Shown piece after piece: positions 1 through 8,865 of a DNA stretch of 39,308 nucleotides. The position numbers and the translations under genes are program-made. The stretch is from a virus. A model generated the notes under the pieces. That model was given only the letters and a program-made list of their open reading frames with translations. It ran no database searches and had not been told where the DNA came from. Position 1 is the stretch's first letter; every line of letters begins with the position of its first letter. The DNA lies in IMG/VR virus record IMGVR_UViG_3300015263_000371; one strand, given 5' to 3'.

Positions 1-144
1 AACTGCGTCAAGTTTCGCGTCAACCGGAACAACGACCAGAACTATAAATCTAAACGCTTCTACACTTACTTTGAGGGCCGCCAACTTCTGGACAATCAGC
101 GGCACCAATGCAACATTAAACGCAGGTACTTCCACAATTATAGG
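1..144. repeat. Terminal overlap copy 1: identical to 39165-39308 (circular closure / assembly overlap)
   Basis: Read directly: both copies begin AACTGCGTCAAGTTTCGCG and end TTCCACAATTATAGG. This implies a 39164-bp circular unit. Confidence 0.9.
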
Positions 145-1357
145 CGGAAGCACATCATTAAGTCGGACGTTCGCTGGTGGTGGCAAGACTTACTATATAT
201 TAAACCCGGCATATATCGGATCCGGTAATACTTTTTCTATAACCGGCTCTAATACTTTCACCACGTTACATGATACCGATAGTCATGCGCATACGTTACA
301 ATTTGCTTCTAGTAGTACGCAGACTGTAACTAATTTCACGGTAAGCGGTACATCTGGTAACGTAATTTCTCTACGGAGTTCGTCAACCGGAACACGGTTT
401 AACCTATCTAAATCGTCTGGGACGGTTAGCCGAGACTATCTTGATATTAAGGACAGCAACGCAACAGGTGGTGCTACTTGGAATGCCGGGACGAGTTCCA
501 CGGACAGCGGCAACAATGCCGGGTGGGTTTTTACTACCCCGGTTGTCGTAAGCCTGTCTGAGTCGGCCACTAGCTCCGATACAGTTAATGTTTCGCTTAC
601 AACAAGCCCTTCGATTTCGGAATCTATTACTACTACCGATACCAATTCGACCGCCTCGACCTATCCGGTAACAACTTCCGAATCGGTCGCGGCCACAGAT
701 ACCAATTCTGTTGCGGTCACTTGGGCGGCGACGATTTCGGAATCCGTTACGCCGTCTGATACGGTATCCGGCGGCAATATATATTCTCTTAGTATTTCTG
801 AATCAGGTGTTGCTTCGGAAACGATAGCGACCGGCGCTATTACGTTTACCAGCCTATCCGAGTTGTTTAGCAGTTCCGACGCCATTAGCGTATCGGTTTC
901 AGCGGCGCAGATAGGTAGCGGGATTTCCGCAAAACGATTTACGAAACGAGAATACCACGATCTAAGGGATCGCGTTGAACACGAAAGGCGCGAACGAAAA
1001 CGAAAGATAGCATCGCGCACTCCGCTGGAACGTGCGGAAGCCGATTTGAAAGTAGCAGAATCGTCCCACAAAGACGCGCAAGTAAGGGCGTTCAAAACGC
1101 CTTCATTGCATAATTTGAAGCTGTTAGACGCAGCCGAAACAAAATTATCGGAAGCCCTGCATCGCGTCGAAGTTCTAAGGAACGAACACGCGATTGAGCA
1201 ATGGCACTTTAATAAACAACAAAAGAACAAGGACAGGACCGCTAAACGGGAAACCGGCGCGGATTTAGCGGCGCGGGAAATAGCAAGGCAGCAAGCGGCT
1301 CACGCACAACAGGCGGCGGCTAACGCGCTTCGCCTCATGGAGATATTCAAGCGATGA
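1..1357 (+). CDS. Tail fibre / adhesin-like protein, C-terminal part of a junction-spanning 611-aa ORF (N-terminus at 38686-39164)
   Basis: The frame of the ORF starting at 38686 matches the track ORF 71-1357 once the 144-bp duplicate is removed. It has G/T/S/N-rich beta-helix-like repeats, six 20-aa SES..DT repeats (551-910) and a K/R/E/A-rich coiled-coil tail. Stop is TGA at 1355-1357. Confidence 0.7.
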   Translation, partial: TASSFASTGTTTRTINLNASTLTLRAANFWTISGTNATLNAGTSTIIGGSTSLSRTFAGGGKTYYILNPAYIGSGNTFSITGSNTFTTLHDTDSHAHTLQFASSSTQTVTNFTVSGTSGNVISLRSSSTGTRFNLSKSSGTVSRDYLDIKDSNATGGATWNAGTSSTDSGNNAGWVFTTPVVVSLSESATSSDTVNVSLTTSPSISESITTTDTNSTASTYPVTTSESVAATDTNSVAVTWAATISESVTPSDTVSGGNIYSLSISESGVASETIATGAITFTSLSELFSSSDAISVSVSAAQIGSGISAKRFTKREYHDLRDRVEHERRERKRKIASRTPLERAEADLKVAESSHKDAQVRAFKTPSLHNLKLLDAAETKLSEALHRVEVLRNEHAIEQWHFNKQQKNKDRTAKRETGADLAAREIARQQAAHAQQAAANALRLMEIFKR

Positions 1358-1647
1358 CGGATACCGTCAAGCTGGACGAACAAATAAGAAAAGCAAAACA
1401 CGCCGAATCATTGTTGCGCGATGAAATGCTGAATGGCGCATTCTTTAGTTTGGAAAACGATTTTATTGCCGCTTGGAGAGCGACCGGGATCGAAGATTCG
1501 GGTTCGCGTGAGCGCCTTTGGCAAGCCCTCCAATTGGTCGGCAAAGTACGCAATGCGCTGATTAGCGCGGTGAATGACGGGAAAGTTGCCCAGCACGAAA
1601 TTGACGCGATTGCAGATAGGCAAAACAGGAAATTGAAGGTCGCTTAA
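1354..1647 (+). CDS. Hypothetical protein (97 aa)
   Basis: ATGA start/stop overlap with the upstream gene. Lies in the late operon directly before the scaffold-like gene. Confidence 0.6.
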   Translation: MTDTVKLDEQIRKAKHAESLLRDEMLNGAFFSLENDFIAAWRATGIEDSGSRERLWQALQLVGKVRNALISAVNDGKVAQHEIDAIADRQNRKLKVA

Positions 1648-1660
1648 CCAAGGAGATTTA

Positions 1661-2728
1661 ATGTCTGACGTTCATACCGCCCCTGATGGCAGCGTAATCC
1701 CTGTCATCACCCCGGCTGATACTGGCGCATCATACCAATCCGCTAACGAAGCGGCCAAAGAATTATCGAATATACGTTTCAACCGGGACAACCCGGAACC
1801 GGCGAGCGCGGAACCCGCAGCAGAGCCGACAGAAGAATCAACGCAAGTTGAAGAAGCCGCCCCTCCAACGGAGGATCCCGGCGAAACGACCGAAGCGCAA
1901 GAACCGGCAGAAATGCCGCCCATCGAACCGCCCAGGTCATGGAGCAAAGCGGACAAGGAGGAATTTGCGACCTACCCTCGCGAAGCGCAGGAGAAGATTG
2001 CGCGACGTGAACAGGAACGCGAAACCGCCCTTCGTAGAGCTCAAAACGAGCAAGCCGAAAAACTGAAAGGGCTGACAGCACGAGAACAAGCAGCGGAACA
2101 AGCTAGGTTAAGCTACGAGCAAGCATTACCTGCACTATTGCAAACATTGCAAGACCAGCAACAGGGCGAGTTTTCGGACGTCAAGACAATGGCGGACGTT
2201 GAAAAACTGGCCCGCGAGGACTGGCCGCGTTACGCCCTATGGGACGCCCAGCAAAAGAAAATTGCTGCCGTCCAACAGGAAATGAAGTCTGCGCAAGAAC
2301 GGCAGACCGCGCAACAGCAACAGCAATGGCAGGCTTTTGTCGAGCAAGAGGACAAGAAATTCCTCGATAACCACCCCGAATTGCAAGACCCGGATAAGCT
2401 ACGAAAGGCCGGCGAGGCCGTGCTTTCCACCTTGCAGGCGCATGGTTTGACGAAACAAGAGGCAATGCAGGCTTGGAATACGCCGGCTTATCGCACGGCA
2501 GCGGCCCAGGAAATCATGTTGAAGGCCGCGCTTTACGATCAGGCAAAGGCGCAAGCAGCAAAACCGGCACCGAAACCGTTGCCACCCGTGTTGAAACCCG
2601 GAACTCCGGGGGTCCGCGTCAGTACGGCAGATGCAGAACTTCGCGCCCTCGAAAAGATGGCAAGTGAAACCAACAACCCGCGCGATATGGCGAAGCTCTT
2701 GGTAGCTCGCAGACGCGCAAGAGGATAA
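1661..2728 (+). CDS. Probable scaffolding protein (355 aa)
   Basis: AAGGAG RBS precedes the ATG. Acidic, Pro-rich N-terminus followed by a long Q/E/A/K-rich helical region. Sits immediately upstream of the major capsid gene. Confidence 0.5.
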   Translation: MSDVHTAPDGSVIPVITPADTGASYQSANEAAKELSNIRFNRDNPEPASAEPAAEPTEESTQVEEAAPPTEDPGETTEAQEPAEMPPIEPPRSWSKADKEEFATYPREAQEKIARREQERETALRRAQNEQAEKLKGLTAREQAAEQARLSYEQALPALLQTLQDQQQGEFSDVKTMADVEKLAREDWPRYALWDAQQKKIAAVQQEMKSAQERQTAQQQQQWQAFVEQEDKKFLDNHPELQDPDKLRKAGEAVLSTLQAHGLTKQEAMQAWNTPAYRTAAAQEIMLKAALYDQAKAQAAKPAPKPLPPVLKPGTPGVRVSTADAELRALEKMASETNNPRDMAKLLVARRRARG

Positions 2729-2729
2729 A

Positions 2730-3683
2730 ATGACAGCACCTACCGGAACCTTCAAAACCACGGCTGCCATTGGCAACCGTGAAGATTTGTCGGACATGAT
2801 CTATCGCATTGATCCGACCGACACCCCGTTTGTCACGGGTGCCGATACCACCAAAGCCACCAGCGTAACGCATGAATGGCAGACTCAGGCTCTCGCTACT
2901 GCCGTTGCCACGAACTTCCAGCTCGAAGGCGACGACGCCACGGGTGACAGCGCGACGGCGACCGTCCGCCTTGCCAATACTTGCCAGATAGCCCGGAAAG
3001 TCCCGGTTGTGTCAGGCTCGCAGCAGGCGGTGGAACACGCCGGCCGCGACGACGAAATGGCCTATCAGGAAATGCTGAAAGGTCTGGAGTTGAAGCGCGA
3101 CAACGAGACTTATCTCGTTGGCTCCAACAACGCCAAGGTAACGACCGACTCTCCGCGCCAGACCGCCTCGATTCTGTCATGGATCAAGACGAACACCAGC
3201 ATTGGCACGGGCGCAGCTGCAAATCCGGCCACCGCTGACGGAGCGGCCACCCGCACGGACGGCACCCAGCGGGCATTCACGGAGGCTCAACTTAAGAGCG
3301 TTCTCAATTCCATCTGGACTTCCGGCGGCAAACCGGACGTTATCATGGTGGGCGCGTTCAACAAGCAGCAGTTCTCGACCTTCACTGGCCGCGCGTCCCC
3401 GATTGAGGACACCAAGACCAAGAAGATCACTGCGGCGGTTGACGCATATGAAAGCGATTTCGGCACTCTCAAAGTTGTTCCGAATCGTTTCAGCCGCTCG
3501 CGCGATTGCCTTGTTCTGCAAATGGATATGTGGGCGGTTGCCTACCTGAATGGCCGCAAGCTGGTTTCCATTCCGTTGTCGATCACTGGCGACAGCGTGA
3601 AGAAGGAAATCCTCTCGGAGTTTGCCCTTGAGGCCCGCAACGAGAAGTCGAGCGGCGGCGTGTTCGACCTCACCACGTCGTAA
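2730..3683 (+). CDS. Major capsid protein (317 aa)
   Basis: The N-terminal motif NREDLSDMIYRIDPTDTPF ... THEWQTQAL resembles podovirus HK97-fold coat proteins (SU10/P22-like) from memory. It follows the scaffold and is followed by a terminator hairpin. Confidence 0.75.
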   Translation: MTAPTGTFKTTAAIGNREDLSDMIYRIDPTDTPFVTGADTTKATSVTHEWQTQALATAVATNFQLEGDDATGDSATATVRLANTCQIARKVPVVSGSQQAVEHAGRDDEMAYQEMLKGLELKRDNETYLVGSNNAKVTTDSPRQTASILSWIKTNTSIGTGAAANPATADGAATRTDGTQRAFTEAQLKSVLNSIWTSGGKPDVIMVGAFNKQQFSTFTGRASPIEDTKTKKITAAVDAYESDFGTLKVVPNRFSRSRDCLVLQMDMWAVAYLNGRKLVSIPLSITGDSVKKEILSEFALEARNEKSSGGVFDLTTS

Positions 3684-3703
3684 TAACGGAGCCATAACAG
3701 GCG

Positions 3704-3736
3704 AGGGGCAGTCCTTGTGGCTGCCCCTATTCATTT
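3704..3736 (+). terminator. Rho-independent terminator-like hairpin after the capsid gene
   Basis: AGGGGCAG (3704-3711), 9-nt loop, CTGCCCCT (3721-3728), followed by TATTCATTT. Confidence 0.55.
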
Positions 3737-3747
3737 AGGAGAACACA

Positions 3748-4107
3748 ATGGCTCTGACCAATAATTTCCCGCTAACGGTTGTAGAGGTTACGGCATATTC
3801 ATCCAGCCTCGGTGGAACTCCCATCGTGGCGTATGCCCACGCTCCATGCCGTGGCAAGATTCTGGAAGTCGGCGTTATTCAGAATGGCGCTGTCACCGGA
3901 ACATCGACGGTTACTACCGCGATCAATGGCACTGCTATTACCGGCGGCGCGGTCAGCGTTACCGGCGGCTCTGCCGGCTCACTGTTTACGGCAAGCCCGA
4001 CTGCGGCCAATCTTGTTGCGGAGGACGATGTGATTTCCTTCACACCGGCCGGCGCGACGGGGACCGTAACCGGGGCTTGTTTCGCTCGCATACAGAAGCA
4101 GGCTTAA
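3748..4107 (+). CDS. Hypothetical virion protein (119 aa), possible capsid decoration protein
   Basis: AGGAG RBS. G/T/A/V-rich beta-type sequence. Single gene bracketed by two hairpin terminators directly after the capsid gene. Confidence 0.5.
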   Translation: MALTNNFPLTVVEVTAYSSSLGGTPIVAYAHAPCRGKILEVGVIQNGAVTGTSTVTTAINGTAITGGAVSVTGGSAGSLFTASPTAANLVAEDDVISFTPAGATGTVTGACFARIQKQA

Positions 4108-4111
4108 TTTA

Positions 4112-4144
4112 GCGGCGCGGCTAATAACCGCGCCGTTCCTCTTT
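4112..4144 (+). terminator. Rho-independent terminator-like hairpin
   Basis: CGGCGCGG (4113-4120), loop CTAATAA, CCGCGCCG (4128-4135), followed by TTCCTCTTT. Confidence 0.55.
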
Positions 4145-4155
4145 AGGGAACGAAC

Positions 4156-4470
4156 ATGTCCTTTTTTGAGAAGCAACATTCCTCGCGCGTCGGCACTACG
4201 CAGACGATTGCTTATACAGCGGCCAGCGCGGCTATTACCAATGCGTTCGGTGCGGAGACGTATCAAATCCGATTGGTCGCCAATTCGGCGGCCCACTACA
4301 AAATCGGCGATGGTGCGCAGACAGCGACAACCTCCGACCCGTTTCTGCCGGCAAACTTCCCCGAATATGTGACGGTCACGCCGGGGCAGAGAATTTCCGC
4401 CATCGAGGCATCGACCAACGGACTGGTAACGGCGACCGCTGGAACGATGTGGGTTACTGAGTTGTCCTGA
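4156..4470 (+). CDS. Hypothetical virion protein (104 aa)
   Basis: Track ORF in the late operon. Its stop overlaps the next start (TGATG). Confidence 0.55.
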   Translation: MSFFEKQHSSRVGTTQTIAYTAASAAITNAFGAETYQIRLVANSAAHYKIGDGAQTATTSDPFLPANFPEYVTVTPGQRISAIEASTNGLVTATAGTMWVTELS

Positions 4471-4790
4471 TGATTCCCCAACTCCTGACTATTCCGGGGG
4501 AAGTGGAAACAAGGCTGCACTATCGACACAGCGAACGCGAACTCACAATGGAGCGCGTTCAAGACGTAGAAGATATATTAGAACGAAACAAGAACCTTCG
4601 TTCTATGCCGCAGAAAAGCGATTGGGGCAGGCACGTCGCATCCATTCCCAATGTCATCCTAGAACGATGGCTCAATGAGGAATGGGAACGTGGCAACCTG
4701 ACCATAAAACTGTTTGGCGACGAAATGGATCGTCTTGTGAAACGCAAGCTGCAAGACCCGGATTGGAAATGGCTGAGGGTCGATAAATGA
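4470..4790 (+). CDS. Hypothetical protein (106 aa)
   Basis: TGATG overlap upstream and ATGA overlap downstream. Confidence 0.55.
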   Translation: MIPQLLTIPGEVETRLHYRHSERELTMERVQDVEDILERNKNLRSMPQKSDWGRHVASIPNVILERWLNEEWERGNLTIKLFGDEMDRLVKRKLQDPDWKWLRVDK

Positions 4791-5626
4791 GCTTGACCAA
4801 TTATTCAGGTTTGACCACCGCCATCACGAATTGGCTTGGGCGTTCTGACCTCACGAGCTACTATTCTGATTGGGTAACTATTTTTGAGGCAGTGGCTAAC
4901 CGTACTTTGCGCGTTCGGCAAATGGAATCAACCACGCTTCTTACTCCATCAAACCCGACAGCCCTTACAATCAGCAATGCGGCGGACAACGGGGGCGGTG
5001 CAATCCGCCTAACGGTTACGAGCAATACGACGTTGGCGACTGGCGATGAGGTTTATGTTACTGGCGTAGGTGGTACAACTGAGGCAAACGGTTATTGGCT
5101 CATTACTCGTATAACCAGCACGACAGTTGACCTGCAAAATTCCACTTTCACGAACGCTTATACATCCGGTGGATCAATAACTGAGTTTGCCGGTATTGCT
5201 TCGTTACCAAGTGATTACCTCGCTTGGAGGCGCGTGACATATATGGGATCACCTACTAATGATCTTGAATATGTCCACCCGTCCGCATTGAGGAATCTTT
5301 ACCCGTCAAGACCTTCGGGCAGCCCCCAATATTTTTCAATCGAGGGGTCAAATCTAATAATAATGCCGACTGGAACTGGCAATATCGAATTTGAATATTA
5401 TCAAACGATAGGTTCCCTTGTATCCGGTTCTGTTAATTGGCTAATGACGGCATGGCCCGATGTTTATCTGTTCGGCGCTCTGTGTGAAGGATATGTTTTT
5501 CAGAAAGATCCAGAGAACGCATCTTTGATGAAGGCGCGTCGGGATGAACTCTTGGCCGAAATAAATAATTTTGACAGCAAAACACGCGGTCCGTCTGCTG
5601 TGCGCGTGATCGGTGTTACCCCATGA
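4787..5626 (+). CDS. Hypothetical virion protein (279 aa), possible head-tail adaptor
   Basis: The N-terminus LTNYSGLTTAITNWLGRSDL resembles adaptor-type proteins seen in podoviruses (from memory only). Position is downstream of the capsid gene, with ATGA coupling. Confidence 0.45.
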   Translation: MSLTNYSGLTTAITNWLGRSDLTSYYSDWVTIFEAVANRTLRVRQMESTTLLTPSNPTALTISNAADNGGGAIRLTVTSNTTLATGDEVYVTGVGGTTEANGYWLITRITSTTVDLQNSTFTNAYTSGGSITEFAGIASLPSDYLAWRRVTYMGSPTNDLEYVHPSALRNLYPSRPSGSPQYFSIEGSNLIIMPTGTGNIEFEYYQTIGSLVSGSVNWLMTAWPDVYLFGALCEGYVFQKDPENASLMKARRDELLAEINNFDSKTRGPSAVRVIGVTP

Positions 5627-7050
5627 CTTTCCTGCCGTTCGGTGAATGGCGGCCCGATGTTGCGGATTACGAGGGCCAGCATTCGGACAATATCGACGGC
5701 GTGTTGCCCCAGGGTGACGGCTATGGTCCATTCCCAGGAGCTACAGGGTCTTGGGCGAATGTACTTGGCGCTTCCGTCAACGGTCTTTTCACGGCCATTA
5801 AAAATGACGGAACCATGTTGGTGTTTGTGGCAACAACTGCCAATAGACTTTATGTAAATACCGGAGTTTGGAACTGGACTGATGTTTCCAAGGGTGGTGT
5901 TGCTTATACTGCACCACCTACCGGGATGAATTGGCAGTTTGCCCAATTCAATAACTACGTTTTTGCCGTACAGCAAAATACCGCGCCACAGGTCTATGAT
6001 ATGACCTCCAGTAGCGCATTCGCTGATCTTGGTGGCTCACCACCCAGTGCCGGCTCTATTGCCATAGTCAACAGATTCGTTGTTCTTTCCAATGTTCTTT
6101 CGCCGAATGGCTACCGCATTCAATGGTCTGGATTGAACGCGACGACGACATGGACAAGCGGCGTAAGCCAATCTGATTATCAGGACATTGCGGACGGCGG
6201 CCTTGTGCGCGGCGTTGTCGGCGGTGAATACGGCACTATTCTACAAGATTATTCCATACGGAGGATGAATTTCGCACCCGGATCTCCGTATGTATTCAGC
6301 ATTGAAAGAATAGCGCAGAATGACGGCGTTCACCCGCTTGCGATGTATTCAGCAGTCCAGGCGGGTGACAGGATATTTTTCTATTCTCCGTCAGGTTTCA
6401 AAATGCTTTTACCCGGCGGCTACCCGATTGCAATAGGAAAAGAAAAGATAGACCGCACATTCTATGACGATTACGGCGGTTTCAGCTCCGTTGCTCAATC
6501 GGCTCTATTTATTGGTATCGCAGATACCCACAAGCCGAGAGTTTATTGGAGCTATCCTTCAAACAGCGCCACAACAGGTCAATTCGACAAAATATTGGTC
6601 TATGATTGGCAATTGGAAAGATGGTCTAGGGCTTCCGTAACCGGGGAATATCTTGGGCCCCTTGCTACATCAACCGGAAGCGGTAGCCAGGGCCAATTCG
6701 ATATTGGCATAGTAAATACATCGCACAGATTGCAGACCCTAACGGGAAGCAATTTAGCGGCCACTCTTGATACCGCACAGCATAGTGCCGGGGGTCGCCG
6801 GATTTTTGTCAGAGGATTCCGACCGATCACTGATGCGTCCAACGTCAAGGGTCAGGCTTCACAGCAAGAAACCGAATCGGACGTTGCTACTTATGGTCCA
6901 GGCACCGCTAAAACCGTGGGTGCCGATGGCATGATACCGATACGCTTTAGTACACGGTTCTCCAGGGCGCGTATAACAATACCGGCTGCGGCGAGCTGGA
7001 CTTATGCCTCCGGGGTGGAACCGGATATTGCGATTGAGGGCGAGAAGTAA
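5623..7050 (+). CDS. Hypothetical virion protein (475 aa), possible tail tube / nozzle protein
   Basis: Large beta-rich ORF translationally coupled (ATGA) to the adaptor-like gene. Function is inferred from position only. Confidence 0.45.
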   Translation: MTFLPFGEWRPDVADYEGQHSDNIDGVLPQGDGYGPFPGATGSWANVLGASVNGLFTAIKNDGTMLVFVATTANRLYVNTGVWNWTDVSKGGVAYTAPPTGMNWQFAQFNNYVFAVQQNTAPQVYDMTSSSAFADLGGSPPSAGSIAIVNRFVVLSNVLSPNGYRIQWSGLNATTTWTSGVSQSDYQDIADGGLVRGVVGGEYGTILQDYSIRRMNFAPGSPYVFSIERIAQNDGVHPLAMYSAVQAGDRIFFYSPSGFKMLLPGGYPIAIGKEKIDRTFYDDYGGFSSVAQSALFIGIADTHKPRVYWSYPSNSATTGQFDKILVYDWQLERWSRASVTGEYLGPLATSTGSGSQGQFDIGIVNTSHRLQTLTGSNLAATLDTAQHSAGGRRIFVRGFRPITDASNVKGQASQQETESDVATYGPGTAKTVGADGMIPIRFSTRFSRARITIPAAASWTYASGVEPDIAIEGEK

Positions 7051-7427
7051 TGGCCTTCGTTACGCCCTATCTAAACTCAGGCGAAACGGTTATTTCCAAG
7101 ATCGTGTTCGCCGTCCAGCAATTGCTCGGTAGGTGGACGAACGCCCCGGTAACGGTTACGGCGAGCTATACCATGCTCCCGTCAGATACTTCGGTTATAT
7201 GCAACGGGGCCGCGACTATAACATTGACATTGCTATCTGCGGGGGCGGTCCCCGGTCGCATTCTTTATGTCCAGAACTACGCCGCACAGTTAGTCAACAG
7301 CGCATCATCAAACGTCGCTCCGTTAGGAAGCGCGACGGCGGGAACGGCGATACTGGCGGCTACGATTGGTAAGTGGGCCATATTACAATCGGACGGAACG
7401 AATTGGATCATCCTCGCGGCGAATTGA
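7050..7427 (+). CDS. Hypothetical virion protein (125 aa)
   Basis: TAATG overlap with the upstream gene. Beta-rich, ending in the C-terminal motif DGTNWIIL. Confidence 0.5.
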   Translation: MAFVTPYLNSGETVISKIVFAVQQLLGRWTNAPVTVTASYTMLPSDTSVICNGAATITLTLLSAGAVPGRILYVQNYAAQLVNSASSNVAPLGSATAGTAILAATIGKWAILQSDGTNWIILAAN

Positions 7428-7810
7428 AAGCGGTCTGCATTCATCCGTTTAGGCTTCCCGAGATATGGCCGCGCGTGTCCAAGTTCATCAAATTGGCGAT
7501 GGATAAGGTTGATTTCTCTCCGTTTGAGGACGTGGAACGCGACCTGTTCAACGAGTATGCGCTTTTGTGGTGCGCGTGGGACGGCAGGCAAATACTCGGG
7601 GCCATCGTAACCCAGGTCAACAAGGACGTTTGCACGATTGTCGCCCTTGGTGGCCATGATCTGCATTTATGGATTCACAAGTTGAGCGAGATTGAAAGCT
7701 ACGCGCGGGCGGAAGGTTGCTCGCGAATGAGGGTCATAGGACGCAAAGGCTGGCGCCGGATTCTCAAAGATTATCATCAGCCCTGCATTGTGCTTGAGAG
7801 GAAATTATAA
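7424..7810 (+). CDS. GNAT-like acetyltransferase-like protein (start uncertain)
   Basis: The track ORF is 7373-7810. TTG 7424 overlaps the upstream stop (TTGA); ATG 7499 is an alternative start. The segment LGAIVT..VALGG...W...IESYARAEGCSRMRVIGRKGWRRIL resembles small phage GNAT-type proteins (from memory). Confidence 0.35.
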   Translation: MKAVCIHPFRLPEIWPRVSKFIKLAMDKVDFSPFEDVERDLFNEYALLWCAWDGRQILGAIVTQVNKDVCTIVALGGHDLHLWIHKLSEIESYARAEGCSRMRVIGRKGWRRILKDYHQPCIVLERKL

Positions 7811-7811
7811 C

Positions 7812-8156
7812 ATGGGCGGAAACACTGGAAGCTCACAACCGCAGAACCCGTTTGGTCCGCAGAACTATTCTGCGCCGACCACACCCCCAATGAGTATGCC
7901 TCCGGTTCAAATGCCGAATATGCCAAACCTGCCGAATCTTCGCGGTGCTGCGCCGGTAACACCAGCAGTTCCGCAGTTACCGGCGATGCCGCAACTTACC
8001 GGGGCTCCCGGCGGCGGGAACTACATCAACCAACTCATGCAAATGCCGTTTGTGCAGAACAGCCCTCAAATAATGCAACAGTTGCAGCAAGCATTACAGC
8101 GTATTCAGAATAGGCCGCAAGCTCCTAATTTGCTTACGCTGCCTAATGGGAGATAA
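7812..8156 (+). CDS. Pro/Gln/Met-rich low-complexity protein (114 aa), probable internal virion protein
   Basis: ATG 7812 follows a GAGAGGAA RBS and lies inside track ORF 7788-8156. The N-terminus is MGGNTGSSQPQ. Confidence 0.5.
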   Translation: MGGNTGSSQPQNPFGPQNYSAPTTPPMSMPPVQMPNMPNLPNLRGAAPVTPAVPQLPAMPQLTGAPGGGNYINQLMQMPFVQNSPQIMQQLQQALQRIQNRPQAPNLLTLPNGR

Positions 8157-8158
8157 AA

Positions 8159-8863
8159 ATGGGCGGCAAATCTTCATCCCAACAGCAGAGCCAAACGGTA
8201 AGCCAGCCCTGGGGACCGACTCAGCAGCCGCTTACTGATTTAGTTAACAATGTCGTAGCCAATAACGCGACGTTGCCGGATTATAGTCCGCAGACAGCGG
8301 GTTTGGCGAATAACCTGCTTTCCAATCAACCAAACTATAATCAGAATGCGCAGGATTATTACAACACCTATGCGCAGGGCTTGTCTCCATTCACGAATGC
8401 GAACTATCTCGACCCAATGAGCAATCCCTATCTCGGGACTGCCATGCAGACGCTAAATTCTGATATTACCAATCAGATTAACGATATGTTCGCCGCGAAC
8501 GGTCGGCAGGACTCGGGATTAAATCAACAGGCTCTAGCCCGTGGGTTGTCCCAGGGCGAAGCGCAATTGTTGATGAACCAATACAATACCAACGCCAATA
8601 ATTATCTCGGCGCGCAAAGTTCTCTGTACGGGGCGGGTAACGCCACTAATCAAGGCATTCTAGGAAATGCCCTAACGGGGCTTAATACAGCGAATAATAT
8701 CCCCGGAATGGTGAATAACACAGCGGCAACGGAACAATTGTTGTTGCCTATTGCCGGCCTTGGCGGTCAGACGAATAGCAGCGGTACAAGCACCACGACT
8801 CAGCCGCTATCTCAGACATGGGCGCAATGGATGAGTCCATTCAAGTTTAGCTGGGGCGCATAA
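8159..8863 (+). CDS. Gln/Asn-rich protein (234 aa), probable internal virion / ejection protein
   Basis: GGGAGA RBS. The N-terminus MGGKSSSQQQSQ parallels the preceding gene, and N/Q content is very high. Confidence 0.55.
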   Translation: MGGKSSSQQQSQTVSQPWGPTQQPLTDLVNNVVANNATLPDYSPQTAGLANNLLSNQPNYNQNAQDYYNTYAQGLSPFTNANYLDPMSNPYLGTAMQTLNSDITNQINDMFAANGRQDSGLNQQALARGLSQGEAQLLMNQYNTNANNYLGAQSSLYGAGNATNQGILGNALTGLNTANNIPGMVNNTAATEQLLLPIAGLGGQTNSSGTSTTTQPLSQTWAQWMSPFKFSWGA

Positions 8864-8865
8864 CT

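Noticed and set aside
1-144. Terminal repeat as a true T7-like direct terminal repeat
   Set aside because: The repeat falls in the middle of a long ORF that reads in frame through the junction. Physical DTRs are normally non-coding and flanked by promoters, so an assembly overlap of a circular or permuted genome is simpler.
661-1230. 189-aa minus-strand ORF (and 436-645 minus) antisense to the fibre gene
   Set aside because: It lies entirely inside a well-supported + strand gene with repetitive composition. It has no RBS or operon context and a Ser/Ala/Cys-rich nonsense-like sequence, so it is a typical shadow ORF.
3177-3734. 185-aa minus ORF and several + alternate-frame ORFs inside the capsid gene
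   Set aside because: These are shadow ORFs within a confidently assigned capsid gene in GC-rich DNA.
7812-8180. MGxxxS N-termini as N-myristoylation signals
   Set aside because: The pattern is very low-specificity, and bacteria lack N-myristoyltransferase. It is retained only as a shared N-terminal motif.
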